Under the pieces are notes generated by a model that saw only the letters and a program-made list of their open reading frames with translations, did no database searches and had not been told where the DNA came from. From an uncultured Anaerolineales bacterium (GTDB lineage: Bacteria > Chloroflexota > Anaerolineae > Anaerolineales > UBA11858), in the NCBI GenBank assembly GCA_964582965.1, contig CAZOUN010000005.1:1376-65375 (forward strand): 64,000 nucleotides of DNA, given 5' to 3'. Made by a program: the position numbers and the translations under genes. This document shows positions 1 to 8,931 of the stretch, piece after piece (the first letter of the stretch is position 1; each line of letters opens with the position of its first letter).

Positions 1-77
1 ACGGTGCAGCCGGTTAATGCATCCATGTCCTGGGCGTGGCCTACTTTGAAACCTGGAATATCAGTAATACTGCCCAT
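1..77 (-). CDS. P1/DmpA-family aminopeptidase (peptidase S58-like), N-terminal fragment running off the window
   Basis: Reverse-strand ATG at 77 preceded by a GGGAG Shine-Dalgarno. Translation MGSITDIPGFKVGHAQDMDALTGCT resembles the ITD-x-PG-x-x-VGH...TG-x-T N-terminus of DmpA/BapA-type peptidases. Only about 25 codons are visible. Confidence 0.5.
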   Translation of the reverse strand, partial: MGSITDIPGFKVGHAQDMDALTGCT

Positions 78-162
78 TTATTCTCCCTCTTGGTATTTCT
101 AAATATTAAGTCAATTATGACAAGGTGACTTGGGGACGGGGGGACTTGGAGAACAGATCACC

Positions 163-226
163 TCGTCTCCCAGTCTCCCCGTCTCCTCATCCCCCAGTCT
201 CCCGCTCTACCCGTCTCCGTGTCTAC
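163..226. repeat. Eight tandem copies of a degenerate octamer (plus strand c[ca]GTCTCC, minus strand GGAGAC-nn)
   Basis: Read directly: tcgtctcc cagtctcc ccgtctcc tcatcccc cagtctcc cgctctac ccgtctcc gtgtctac. It lies between the CapA-like stop (223-225) and the DmpA-like start (77). Confidence 0.75.
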
Positions 227-1884
227 CAACCGCTTGCATTGAAGGTTGTCCGCAAAAGGACATCCCGCTCCCCCGCGGTCATCGGCCTGGCCCGGGCATA
301 ATCAACAAACTTGATCGTCAGCAGCTCAGTGCTGATGTGTTTACCATTATAAAATATATGGCGGTCTATGAATGCAGATGCTGTATGAGGTGGGATCTCG
401 TAAATTTGGTCAAAAAAGAGGTTGCCCAGACCGTGATGGATAAACGCATCATCCCTGATCTCAAACGCCTGGGGTTGATGGGCCTGACTGCCACTGACAA
501 TCACCGCGCCAGCACTGGCCATGGTCCGGGCATCGCGGATCTGGTCCGGCTGTGCCAGGTAGGTATAGTACTCAAAATGCTGGAATGTTACTATCGGCTG
601 ATACCCCTCATCACCTAGATCTTGGATCTGCCCGGTCATTTTGGGAAAATCACAGGCAACCGCACCAGGATAGCCTACATTTGCCGTAGCATACCCTCCT
701 CCCTTGGCATTACATCCCAGGAAGGCTATCTTATTGCCATTATGTTCAAACAGGACCGGTTCCTGGGCATCTGCGCGATCAGCACCACCGCCATAATATG
801 GCCAGTCTCGCTGGTTATACAACTCCAGGGTATATAACATGGCTTCAGGACCTTGGTCCCCAAAATGATCCCCCGTCAGTTCTACTACATCAGTACCAAT
901 CGTATCCATCAGCTCAATATAACGGCTGTCACTGCAAAAACGAAGGCCTTTCTGGCTCGGATCAGGATAGGCGCAGCCCTGTGCAAAAGGAACCTCATTG
1001 CTGATATGCAGGATGTCAGCTTCAGTCAGGTATTGCAGAATATCCCGGGCAGGATAATTAATTCCTTCTAGTTCCATAGTCCAGGCAGTAGCTCTAACCA
1101 GGGCGGTAACGCCAGTCAATACTACACTGGTGAACTTATTTTGGTCCCGATTGCTTGAAATTTCCTGGAAGATGTTTGGGTCGAACCCAACTGCTGAGAT
1201 CGGTATAGAAAGGCCATATGAACCCGGATTAAATTCCTGATCTAGCGGTGAGATTCCACCTACTTCCAGCACTTTCCAATCCGGGGTCAATTGATCAAAA
1301 GGCAAAATCGCCAGAGAGGGCCGGCGAGACCATGCCTCTTTAGAAAGATCATCCGGGTTTATGATCGCAACCGCGCTGGACTCTGGGTCACCCCAGTGAA
1401 TTGCCAGGACATCACGGGTTTCCTGCGATAAGAATATCGGCTGATTAAGCCCAAGAGGATTTTTACCTCCCTGCCAGGCAGATTGGAGGCTTTCCAGGGT
1501 TATTCCATCGGCTACAGTCGGAAAGGGAACAACCGCAGCGAAAACCCAATATATGATCGGGTTTTCGTCACCAAATATGAGGGTCGTGGCAGCATCTTTC
1601 TGTTGATCGGTTATCTGCAAAAAGTCCATGCCCGCTAACTGAGCCAGCAAGGATTCAGGAAGTTCCGGTTCGATCCAAACCAGGTCGGGTTCAAAAGTGG
1701 GTGTTGCTACCGAAGGAGAAAAGAAAGTGGCAGTCGGCTGGACCTCTCCCAAAGGCGGCAGATAGGGAGTGATTTGTTCATCTGCAATCCAGGTAAGCTG
1801 ATCACCTTTTAAGAAAAAGGCAGCAAAAAAAACCACCAAGATCAGGAAGATTATAAGAATGATCCAGAGAGTTTTATTTTTCAT
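223..1884 (-). CDS. CapA/PGA_cap-family membrane-anchored metallophosphatase-like protein (poly-gamma-glutamate capsule synthesis CapA-like)
   Basis: Long ORF with ATG at 1884, one codon inside a TTG at 1887. N-terminal TM helix (LWIILIIFLILVVFFAAFF). C-terminal blocks HISNEVPF, ELTGDHFGD, IAFLGCN, VSGSQAHQPQ and HGLGNLFFDQ are typical of CapA-like proteins. Confidence 0.8.
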   Translation of the reverse strand: MKNKTLWIILIIFLILVVFFAAFFLKGDQLTWIADEQITPYLPPLGEVQPTATFFSPSVATPTFEPDLVWIEPELPESLLAQLAGMDFLQITDQQKDAATTLIFGDENPIIYWVFAAVVPFPTVADGITLESLQSAWQGGKNPLGLNQPIFLSQETRDVLAIHWGDPESSAVAIINPDDLSKEAWSRRPSLAILPFDQLTPDWKVLEVGGISPLDQEFNPGSYGLSIPISAVGFDPNIFQEISSNRDQNKFTSVVLTGVTALVRATAWTMELEGINYPARDILQYLTEADILHISNEVPFAQGCAYPDPSQKGLRFCSDSRYIELMDTIGTDVVELTGDHFGDQGPEAMLYTLELYNQRDWPYYGGGADRADAQEPVLFEHNGNKIAFLGCNAKGGGYATANVGYPGAVACDFPKMTGQIQDLGDEGYQPIVTFQHFEYYTYLAQPDQIRDARTMASAGAVIVSGSQAHQPQAFEIRDDAFIHHGLGNLFFDQIYEIPPHTASAFIDRHIFYNGKHISTELLTIKFVDYARARPMTAGERDVLLRTTFNASGW

Positions 1885-1953
1885 CAAAAACCGGCAATCC
1901 AGACCCGTGCTGATAGTCAGTCCGGGTCAGATTATTACTTAAATGGCCAGGGA

Positions 1954-3468
1954 TCAGGAAAATAATCCACCCCGGTCAGTCAGGATTGTTTTGATCTTAT
2001 CCAGAGAAATCAGTGCGCCTTCTTCAATGTCGCCCAATTCTTCCAGGATCTGTCCTTTTATTTTATCGTTATCCAGATCGGACAGGTTTATGCGAACGTT
2101 ATAAGCAGCGCTGTTTACGGCAGCAATTGCCAGATTCACAGCCGATCCAGCATCCGTGATCGCATTTATATTCCCCAATTGAGCTGCTTCCAAAGCCAAC
2201 TCAGCAATTCTGGAGGATTTTTTGGCAGCCTCCAGAGGAACCTTGGCAGCCAGCAGGGTTGCTTCCTGAATAGCTGCAGCACGCGTAGTATCAGAATTGG
2301 GTTTTCTATAAGCGGCCATGACCTTATCAAAAGCATCCGAATCTTCTGTTACGCCGTTTGTGAGATCACTTCTGAGGAGTTCTGATTCTTCCAGGATCTT
2401 GGACATAGCAGCCTCTGCTTCTGAATATCCTTTCTTACCAATAGTCAATCGGGCCACCATCGAGACCAGGCCCGCTGCCATCGCTCCTGCATAAGCCGCC
2501 GCTGAACCCCCTCCCGGAGTGGGTGTTGAAGCAGCCAAATTATCAATAAAATCAGCTGACCCGCTTTCCCCGATGATTTGAGCCATTTTCCCTTCCAGAA
2601 CCTGGTCCGCAGAAAACAGATCCATTTGTGTATACCAAACAGCAGTATCTACCATGGCCGCCTGGGGAATTAACCCCACCAGTTCGCTGTTGTGAATGCC
2701 TACACCATAACGTTTCGCTTCCCTTCGAATGGTTTCTACAACCAGCGGAAGTGGGGTCTTCTGAAAATTGGTCAAATTCATAGAGACCTGGGCCCGACCT
2801 TCAACTGTCATACCGAGGGCTTTTACGAATCTCAAACCCCCGGAGGAATGGCGAACCGTCCGGGCGATCTTGGTAGCGATCTCTTCATCATCCGTAGTCA
2901 GGTTGACATTATAGGCAACCAGGAATTCCCGCGCTCCGATCACAGTGGCTCCAGCAGATCCGAGTTCAGCGGGACCTTCATCTGGGACACGCTCCGGATT
3001 TGATTTGACATCTGTTTTTAAACCTTCGTATTCACCCCGGCGAATTAGCTCCAATCTTTTTCTTTCAGGACGCATGGCGGCCGCTTCATAAAAATAAACC
3101 GGTATATTTAGTTCCTGGCCTACCCTTTTCCCAACTCTGTGGGCCATATCAACGCATTCATCCATAGTTATATTAGATATCGGCACAAAAGGAACCACAT
3201 CAGTAGCTCCAATACGAGGATGTTCTCCACTGTGCTCCTCCAAATCGATCAGTTGAGATGCTTTTTTGATCATCTGAAAGGCAGCTTCTTCAACAGATTT
3301 GGGATCTCCCACAAAGGTGATCACGCTGCGGTTATGATCGGCATCGGTATGCATATCGAGGACATAGACACCGGGGACGTCTGAAATGGACCCTTTGATA
3401 ATTTCCAGAACATCCTGTCGGCGACCTTCGGAAAAATTCGGTACACATTCAACGAGAGCGTTTGACAT
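1954..3468 (-). CDS. ftcD: Bifunctional glutamate formimidoyltransferase / formimidoyltetrahydrofolate cyclodeaminase
   Basis: N-terminal half (ALVECVPNFSEGRR ... GATDVVPFVP) is the formiminotransferase domain. C-terminal half (TPTPGGGSAAAYAGAMAAGLVSMV) is the cyclodeaminase domain. The open frame extends to 3591, but conserved sequence begins at MSNALVECVPNF, so ATG 3468 (or 3477) is preferred. Confidence 0.85.
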   Translation of the reverse strand: MSNALVECVPNFSEGRRQDVLEIIKGSISDVPGVYVLDMHTDADHNRSVITFVGDPKSVEEAAFQMIKKASQLIDLEEHSGEHPRIGATDVVPFVPISNITMDECVDMAHRVGKRVGQELNIPVYFYEAAAMRPERKRLELIRRGEYEGLKTDVKSNPERVPDEGPAELGSAGATVIGAREFLVAYNVNLTTDDEEIATKIARTVRHSSGGLRFVKALGMTVEGRAQVSMNLTNFQKTPLPLVVETIRREAKRYGVGIHNSELVGLIPQAAMVDTAVWYTQMDLFSADQVLEGKMAQIIGESGSADFIDNLAASTPTPGGGSAAAYAGAMAAGLVSMVARLTIGKKGYSEAEAAMSKILEESELLRSDLTNGVTEDSDAFDKVMAAYRKPNSDTTRAAAIQEATLLAAKVPLEAAKKSSRIAELALEAAQLGNINAITDAGSAVNLAIAAVNSAAYNVRINLSDLDNDKIKGQILEELGDIEEGALISLDKIKTILTDRGGLFS

Positions 3469-3579
3469 AATTACCATCCAGATTCTAAGTTTTCGTGTGG
3501 ATATATTATAACTCTCAGATCTGGAATTATCTTCAGTGAAAAGATTGGAAAATATTGCAAGCATTGGTAAAATCCTGAT

Positions 3580-4359
3580 GTGAAAATCCAAATAATCAAA
3601 GATCGGTCAGCCCTGGAAAAATACTTCCGCCTGGATCCTTCCCTGCATCTCTACAGCCTGGGAGATCTGGACGATTTTTACTGGCCCAGAATAACCTGTT
3701 ATGGGACCCAGGCAGGAAAGGCATTGAAAAATATCACCCCCTTTTACCGGGGGGAAGATCTGCCAGTCTTGCTTGCATTTGGGGAACTAGACCTGGATTA
3801 CCTCCAGCAGCTGCAGTCTCTTCTGCCAAATCAATTTTACGCCCACTTAAGTCCGGGATTGATAAAACATTTTTCTGACACCTATCAGATCGCAGAACAC
3901 GGGGATTATTTCAAAATGGCTCTCGCTAACACCGATCCGATTACCCGAACTAACACCATAAACACATTTCGGTTAGCTGGAACAGATCTGGCCGAGGTTA
4001 ATGAACTTTATGAGGAAAGCTATCCGAACAATGCCTTTGATCCACGCATGCTGGTGTCAGGGCAATATATTGGCATCCGCCACCAGGGCAGGTTGGTCAG
4101 TATTGCCGGTATCCATACCTATTCAGCCACCTATCGGGTGGCCGCCCTGGGAAATATTACTACCCATCCAGAATACCGCGGCCGAGGGTACGGCAAAGCA
4201 GTGACAGCCCGGCTTTGCCAGCTCCTGGAGGGAATAGTTGATTTCATCGGACTGCATGTAAAATGTGATAATATGCCCGCTCTTTCCCTCTATAAATCCC
4301 TTGGATTTCGTATATCTAGCATTTATGGGGAATTTTCGCTTCAAAAAGGGCCTAAATAG
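3580..4359 (+). CDS. GNAT-family N-acetyltransferase
   Basis: GTG start. C-terminal acetyl-CoA binding block HPEYRGRGYGKAVTARL, followed by a beta-strand/helix pattern typical of GNAT folds. Confidence 0.75.
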   Translation: MKIQIIKDRSALEKYFRLDPSLHLYSLGDLDDFYWPRITCYGTQAGKALKNITPFYRGEDLPVLLAFGELDLDYLQQLQSLLPNQFYAHLSPGLIKHFSDTYQIAEHGDYFKMALANTDPITRTNTINTFRLAGTDLAEVNELYEESYPNNAFDPRMLVSGQYIGIRHQGRLVSIAGIHTYSATYRVAALGNITTHPEYRGRGYGKAVTARLCQLLEGIVDFIGLHVKCDNMPALSLYKSLGFRISSIYGEFSLQKGPK

Positions 4360-4568
4360 CTGATTTTCCCTCTAAAAATAACAGAAATATATAACTTTCT
4401 GAGGTTTAGAGGTTACAATAGTGTAAGAAGAACGATCATCCACTTCCTCGATAAAAAATATCTGATACAGGAAATCAAAGCAGATTCACTAAGTTTTAAC
4501 TGAGGTTTACCACCTCATCAAAAAATCTGTTGGGCGGTTTTTAGGAATTAACGAACAAAGGAGATATT

Positions 4569-4766
4569 ATGGCTTACGCACATACAAATGGAAAAGGTGT
4601 CACCTACTACCTGCACGGACGAACTCGTGTACTAAAAAGTGGAAAAGAATCAACCTTGTATTTCTTCGCCAAGGAAGTTAAAGAAGGCGCACTGGATGCA
4701 GTTCCAGCTGCTTACATGGTATCTGAAACCAAAAATGGTCTACCCGTACTGAAGAAAAAACAATAA
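4569..4766 (+). CDS. Small basic hypothetical protein (65 aa)
   Basis: Strong SD (AAGGAGA, 7 nt before the ATG). It is a stand-alone gene with its own downstream hairpin plus T-run. No recognisable domain. Confidence 0.5.
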   Translation: MAYAHTNGKGVTYYLHGRTRVLKSGKESTLYFFAKEVKEGALDAVPAAYMVSETKNGLPVLKKKQ

Positions 4767-4788
4767 TTTAAGTAACCTGTAGTACTAA

Positions 4789-4878
4789 ACCTTGTCAGCC
4801 ATCAGCGATGAAAGTAGCCGCCCAACAACGGTGATCAGTTCTTTCCCGCCGATTTCAAAACTGACAAGGTTTTTTATT
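4789..4878 (+). terminator. Long-loop hairpin followed by a T-run (putative intrinsic terminator)
   Basis: Arms aaccttgtcag (4789-4799) and ctgacaaggtt (4861-4871) are perfectly complementary, followed by ttttttattt. The loop of about 61 nt is unusually long. Confidence 0.45.
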
Positions 4879-4893
4879 TAATCCTCTCAATCT

Positions 4894-5469
4894 TCATTCA
4901 CCCACTGTAAGGTAGATTTTGATCTGTTCAAAAGTTGCCGGGCCTATGCCAGGCACCTTCTGAATCTCTTCAATTTTCGTGAAGAGCTGTTCCTCACGGT
5001 AGCTGATGATCTTTTCAGCTGTCACCGGCCCTATGCCTGGCAAGCCGATCAAGATTTCTAAAGAAGCCTGGTTGATATTTACCAAGGAAATCATTTCTCC
5101 ACTCTCAGATATTCCTACAACACTCCCCATTAGCTCTGGAGAGTTATCCAATGAAGAGCTCCGGGCTGGAATGTATATATGACTCCCATCCTCCAGCTCT
5201 GCGGCCAGATTTACAGATCCAGGGCAGGCATTTTCCGCCAATCCGCCAGCTGCTTCAACAGCATCTACCACCCGGCTCTGGACCGAGAGAGTGTAAACAC
5301 CGGGTGAGACCACGGCCCCATCGATATTGATCACAAGCGGGCGCGGTGTTGGAGCTGGCCGCAGCAAGACTGCTCTGCCAGGTCTGGGCTGGGAAACTAG
5401 CAATATCAAACCGGCACTTAACAAGCCAAATAGAACCCCGAGAAAGAGATCCTTAATTTTTGAGATCAT
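4894..5469 (-). CDS. comEA: ComEA-family DNA-binding competence protein (SLBB + tandem helix-hairpin-helix)
   Basis: N-terminal TM anchor. C-terminal INQASLEILIGLPGIGPVTAEKII ... KVPGIGPATFEQIK forms two HhH motifs. Confidence 0.85.
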   Translation of the reverse strand: MISKIKDLFLGVLFGLLSAGLILLVSQPRPGRAVLLRPAPTPRPLVINIDGAVVSPGVYTLSVQSRVVDAVEAAGGLAENACPGSVNLAAELEDGSHIYIPARSSSLDNSPELMGSVVGISESGEMISLVNINQASLEILIGLPGIGPVTAEKIISYREEQLFTKIEEIQKVPGIGPATFEQIKIYLTVGE

Positions 5470-5488
5470 AATGTTTGGTTAAACCTTT

Positions 5489-6430
5489 TTATTCCCCCTC
5501 GGCCAAACTCAGTCCGAGACGCTGCTCTTTAGGATCCAGATTAATGATCTCGACTGAGACCTTCTGGTTTTCCTCTAACACATCCCAAGGTGATACATCT
5601 TTCCCGTTCTCCCCCAGTTCCGAAACATGGATCAAACCATCCACCCCTTCTTCCAAGCGCACGAACGCCCCATATGAGACGATATTCTTGACCACCGCTT
5701 CAACGATCTGTCCCGGCTTATAACGTTCTGTTATTGTCTCCCAGGGGTTGGGACACATCATTTTTAAGCTAAGGGCAACCTTATTTTCCACACGGTCGAT
5801 ATTCAGGATATAGACATCCATGCACTCGCCCACAGCAACCACATCGGAAGGGTGCTCAACCCTACCCCAAGACAGCTCGGAGATATGGATCAACCCTTCC
5901 ATCCCGCCCAGATCAACGAAAGCACCAAAATCGGTCAAGGTTGTGATAGTGCCGTGGATACAGGTACCTTCTACTAACTCGTCCAGTAATTTGATCCGGG
6001 TGCCAGCTTTTGCCTGAGCAGCCCTTTCAGAAAGTACTACTCGACAGCGATCACGGTCATATTCAATAACTTTAAGCTCTACAGTTTGTTGAAGGTATTC
6101 TTTCTTTTTATGACCAGCTAACAAGTGGGAACAGGGTACAAAACCATTGATCTTTTCTCCCTGGACAAGAAGTCCCCCCTGATTACAGCCAATCACATTC
6201 AAACAGACAATTTCATCCATTTGATACAAACGGTCAACATAATCCCAATCATTTTCCGAGAGAGAATTAGAGATCAAGGAAGAAATCATCTCTGGCTGAT
6301 CGTCATCAACAACCAACCCTGATCCAATAATTAGATCTTCTTCCCCCTCAGACAAGGCTGCTTTCCACCATGAATCCCCCAAATCAGGGGGCTCTTCCGG
6401 AATAATGTGCAACTGATCCTCATGAACCAT
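5489..6430 (-). CDS. S1 RNA-binding domain protein (ribosomal protein S1-like, three S1 repeats, acidic N-terminus)
   Basis: Repeated S1 OB-fold blocks (G-x-V-x-x-I-x-x-F/Y-GAFV-x-L ... GL-IH-SEL), for example TLTDFGAFVDLGGMEGLIHISEL and IVSYGAFVRLEEGVDGLIHVSEL. Confidence 0.8.
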   Translation of the reverse strand: MVHEDQLHIIPEEPPDLGDSWWKAALSEGEEDLIIGSGLVVDDDQPEMISSLISNSLSENDWDYVDRLYQMDEIVCLNVIGCNQGGLLVQGEKINGFVPCSHLLAGHKKKEYLQQTVELKVIEYDRDRCRVVLSERAAQAKAGTRIKLLDELVEGTCIHGTITTLTDFGAFVDLGGMEGLIHISELSWGRVEHPSDVVAVGECMDVYILNIDRVENKVALSLKMMCPNPWETITERYKPGQIVEAVVKNIVSYGAFVRLEEGVDGLIHVSELGENGKDVSPWDVLEENQKVSVEIINLDPKEQRLGLSLAEGE

Positions 6431-6464
6431 TAATATACCTTTATGAAATTAAGGCGTGCACAGT

Positions 6465-8384
6465 TTATTGTAACATTTTTCGGGCAGTTCCAGAAGAATC
6501 TTTCACATCTTCCCGAGCCTGTTTTTCCATTTCCAGGATGGTTTTAGCCACAACTTCTATAGCAACCTTCTGTTTGCGGTAAAGGTTCGCTTCTGACATA
6601 GCCAGACGCTTGGCGACATCTCGTACTTTTTGTCCTTTCAGGAATTTCATTTCCAGAATATTATATAAAACCCAGTCCAAAGTGAATCTTCTCGTACCTT
6701 CCGGTCTGATCTTTTCGATAGCTTCTTTCAATATTGCCCGGACCGCCTTGACGGAAATACCATCGTGTTTGTCAAGAGAATTTTGCACAATCTCTAGCTG
6801 CAGGAGCGGACTTTCTGATAGATCAGGTCCTCCCCAATAGTCCGATAAAGCGTCCTTTACCCATTGGGTCAGAGTTCCCTCATCCAGTGGAATTTCACCG
6901 GGACTCGCTGTTAACACACTTGTACTATCATAGCGAGCTGCAGCTCTCAGGCGCTGAATGCGGTTCATCTGCGGAGTTAGGTCCTCGATTGAGCTAAACA
7001 CCTGCTGTTGGAAGTTCCTGTCCACCAAGGCCTGCTGGGCACGCTGGATCAGGATCTGGAAAGCTTCTCTTTGGTCGCCGTCAAGGATTTCTGACGGCGC
7101 CTCTACACCAACCAAACCAAGCAGTTCATCCGGTTTGTTGGCATTGAATAATGGTATGACCCAAAAATCTCCCCAGGAGAACAAATTGTAATTTCCGATT
7201 TGGTCCTGTTTGGAGGAAATATCCATGATCCGTTCGGACAGCTCATCTTCGTCAAAATCAACCTGGCCTCCAACATTCACCAGGAAATCCATTCCAATCG
7301 GATCCAGTGAGGCTGCAAAAGCTTTCGTTACCTGGAGCCCGTCACACATGGCTGCCAGAACTGATTCCAGGAATTGACTCAGGTCATCCAGAGTGAAAAG
7401 CCGTTCTTCAAGGTTTTGAAGCAAAGTCAGACTGTTCTTGCTTTCCCCAAACAGGAACCATCGTTCCCAAATTGGGGAGAACATGGTGATGAAATATTGC
7501 ATCAACAGAAACGCACCGGCCATGACCACCGGAGCAAAAAACGACACTGGTTCCCCCGCACGACGGGTTAGAGTAGTCAAAGCCAGCACAGAACTTACTG
7601 TAACAGGACCCCGTAGTACCCATTTGATCAGCCGTCGCTTAACTACCCGGTCTGGCCAGGATACACCGAAAAAGGCCACTGCATAAGCCATGATTATGAT
7701 TAGTCCCGAAACCAGGATATTGCTGACAACAGCAGTTAACCAGAAAACATAAGGATTCTGTGAAGCAAAGGTCGAACCAAATAACAAGTAAGGGAATGAG
7801 CCCAGCGCAGGTGCCAAAGCACCTCCGATCAAATATCCAATCCTCCTGCGGCCGGAGCTGGTAATAGTGCGATGATAAGCCCGTTGGAAGTTGACCCAGG
7901 CCCAGATCATGCTTAAAATATAAAAAGCAGTGAATACCCAGGTCAGGCTGGTCCTTTCCAGGTGGGGCGCAACCACTCCTTCTGTTACAAGGGGCCCGAC
8001 CAGGATGTAGAACGGCACCATGATCAGGAATACAAATGAGATCAGGAAGGTAGCTTTAACCAGCTTCGTTCTGCGTCCCCGGGAAGGCCGGCCTGTAGTA
8101 GCCAGAATAGCATCTGACAAAAGAGCGTATGCAGCTGGAAGCATGATGATCCCCACCCATTGGATTTGATACCAGATCTCTATCCAGGTAGGTGAGCTGA
8201 CTACCCCGGCAACTGACTCCCCCACAAAAACTACCACTACACAGCCCATAATAAAAGCAAATGAACGGGCTACCTTATCTTTTAAATTAAAGGATAAAGC
8301 GTATAGGAGCAAAGAAAATGCGGTGATGGAAATACCAGCTGCCAGGAGCTGGTTGATCGTTTGAAGTAAGGATAACAGGTTCAT
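6465..8384 (-). CDS. Polytopic membrane sensor-like protein: N-terminal 7TM-type module, central GAF-like region, C-terminal sigma-70 region-4-like HTH
   Basis: About 8 hydrophobic helices in the first ~300 aa. Central region contains ELLGLVGVEAP. C-terminus reads YNILEMKFLKGQKVRDVAKRLAMSEANLYRKQKVAIEVV. Its start makes an ATGA overlap with the upstream GNAT gene. Confidence 0.7.
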   Translation of the reverse strand: MNLLSLLQTINQLLAAGISITAFSLLLYALSFNLKDKVARSFAFIMGCVVVVFVGESVAGVVSSPTWIEIWYQIQWVGIIMLPAAYALLSDAILATTGRPSRGRRTKLVKATFLISFVFLIMVPFYILVGPLVTEGVVAPHLERTSLTWVFTAFYILSMIWAWVNFQRAYHRTITSSGRRRIGYLIGGALAPALGSFPYLLFGSTFASQNPYVFWLTAVVSNILVSGLIIIMAYAVAFFGVSWPDRVVKRRLIKWVLRGPVTVSSVLALTTLTRRAGEPVSFFAPVVMAGAFLLMQYFITMFSPIWERWFLFGESKNSLTLLQNLEERLFTLDDLSQFLESVLAAMCDGLQVTKAFAASLDPIGMDFLVNVGGQVDFDEDELSERIMDISSKQDQIGNYNLFSWGDFWVIPLFNANKPDELLGLVGVEAPSEILDGDQREAFQILIQRAQQALVDRNFQQQVFSSIEDLTPQMNRIQRLRAAARYDSTSVLTASPGEIPLDEGTLTQWVKDALSDYWGGPDLSESPLLQLEIVQNSLDKHDGISVKAVRAILKEAIEKIRPEGTRRFTLDWVLYNILEMKFLKGQKVRDVAKRLAMSEANLYRKQKVAIEVVAKTILEMEKQAREDVKDSSGTARKMLQ

Positions 8385-8917
8385 ATGTATGAGGAAAAGA
8401 AGATCGCGATTTCCTGATCCCTGTAATATTGATCGTTATAACCGGAAAATTCAAAACCAAGCTTATATGCAAATTGAATAGCAGGATAATTCTTAGGTTG
8501 CATTTCCAGTGTCAGCCGGTGATAGCCCTTTCTTCCACACCAATCCTGGGCAGCCATCACCAAAGCACTGCCGATGGCGTTCCGCCTATGCACCCGATCA
8601 ACTGCCAGATCCTTCACCCAGGCACTGGCAGGAGCTAACCCCATTTGAACGCTGATATATCCCCTGACGTATTCTCCTGCTTCAGCCAGGAGCAGCACAT
8701 CCCGGGTTGTCCAATCATCCAATAGTTTTTGAGAACGGCGAGGATAATTGACATGGACCTCGCGAGGCAAACGAACTTCCCGAAACGAGACCTGGGTTTG
8801 GATATCAGTTAGATCCATGGTCATTTGCCAGACATGGCCAGTGGCATAATTGTGGTCCAGGGCGATCATCTTGGGGATATCAGTCGATATAGCAGGGCGG
8901 ATATTGATCTTTGTCAT
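8381..8917 (-). CDS. GNAT-family N-acetyltransferase
   Basis: Block VDRVHRRNAIGSALVMAAQDW is the R-x-x-G-x-G/A acetyl-CoA motif. Length of 178 aa is typical. Confidence 0.8.
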   Translation of the reverse strand: MTKINIRPAISTDIPKMIALDHNYATGHVWQMTMDLTDIQTQVSFREVRLPREVHVNYPRRSQKLLDDWTTRDVLLLAEAGEYVRGYISVQMGLAPASAWVKDLAVDRVHRRNAIGSALVMAAQDWCGRKGYHRLTLEMQPKNYPAIQFAYKLGFEFSGYNDQYYRDQEIAIFFSSYI

Positions 8918-8931
8918 AAGGGTTTCCCAGC

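Noticed and set aside
130-618. 162-aa plus-strand ORF with a Ser/Pro-rich N-terminus.
   Set aside because: The N-terminal SPSLP repeats are just the translation of the octamer tandem repeat. The rest is antisense to the well-supported CapA-like CDS.
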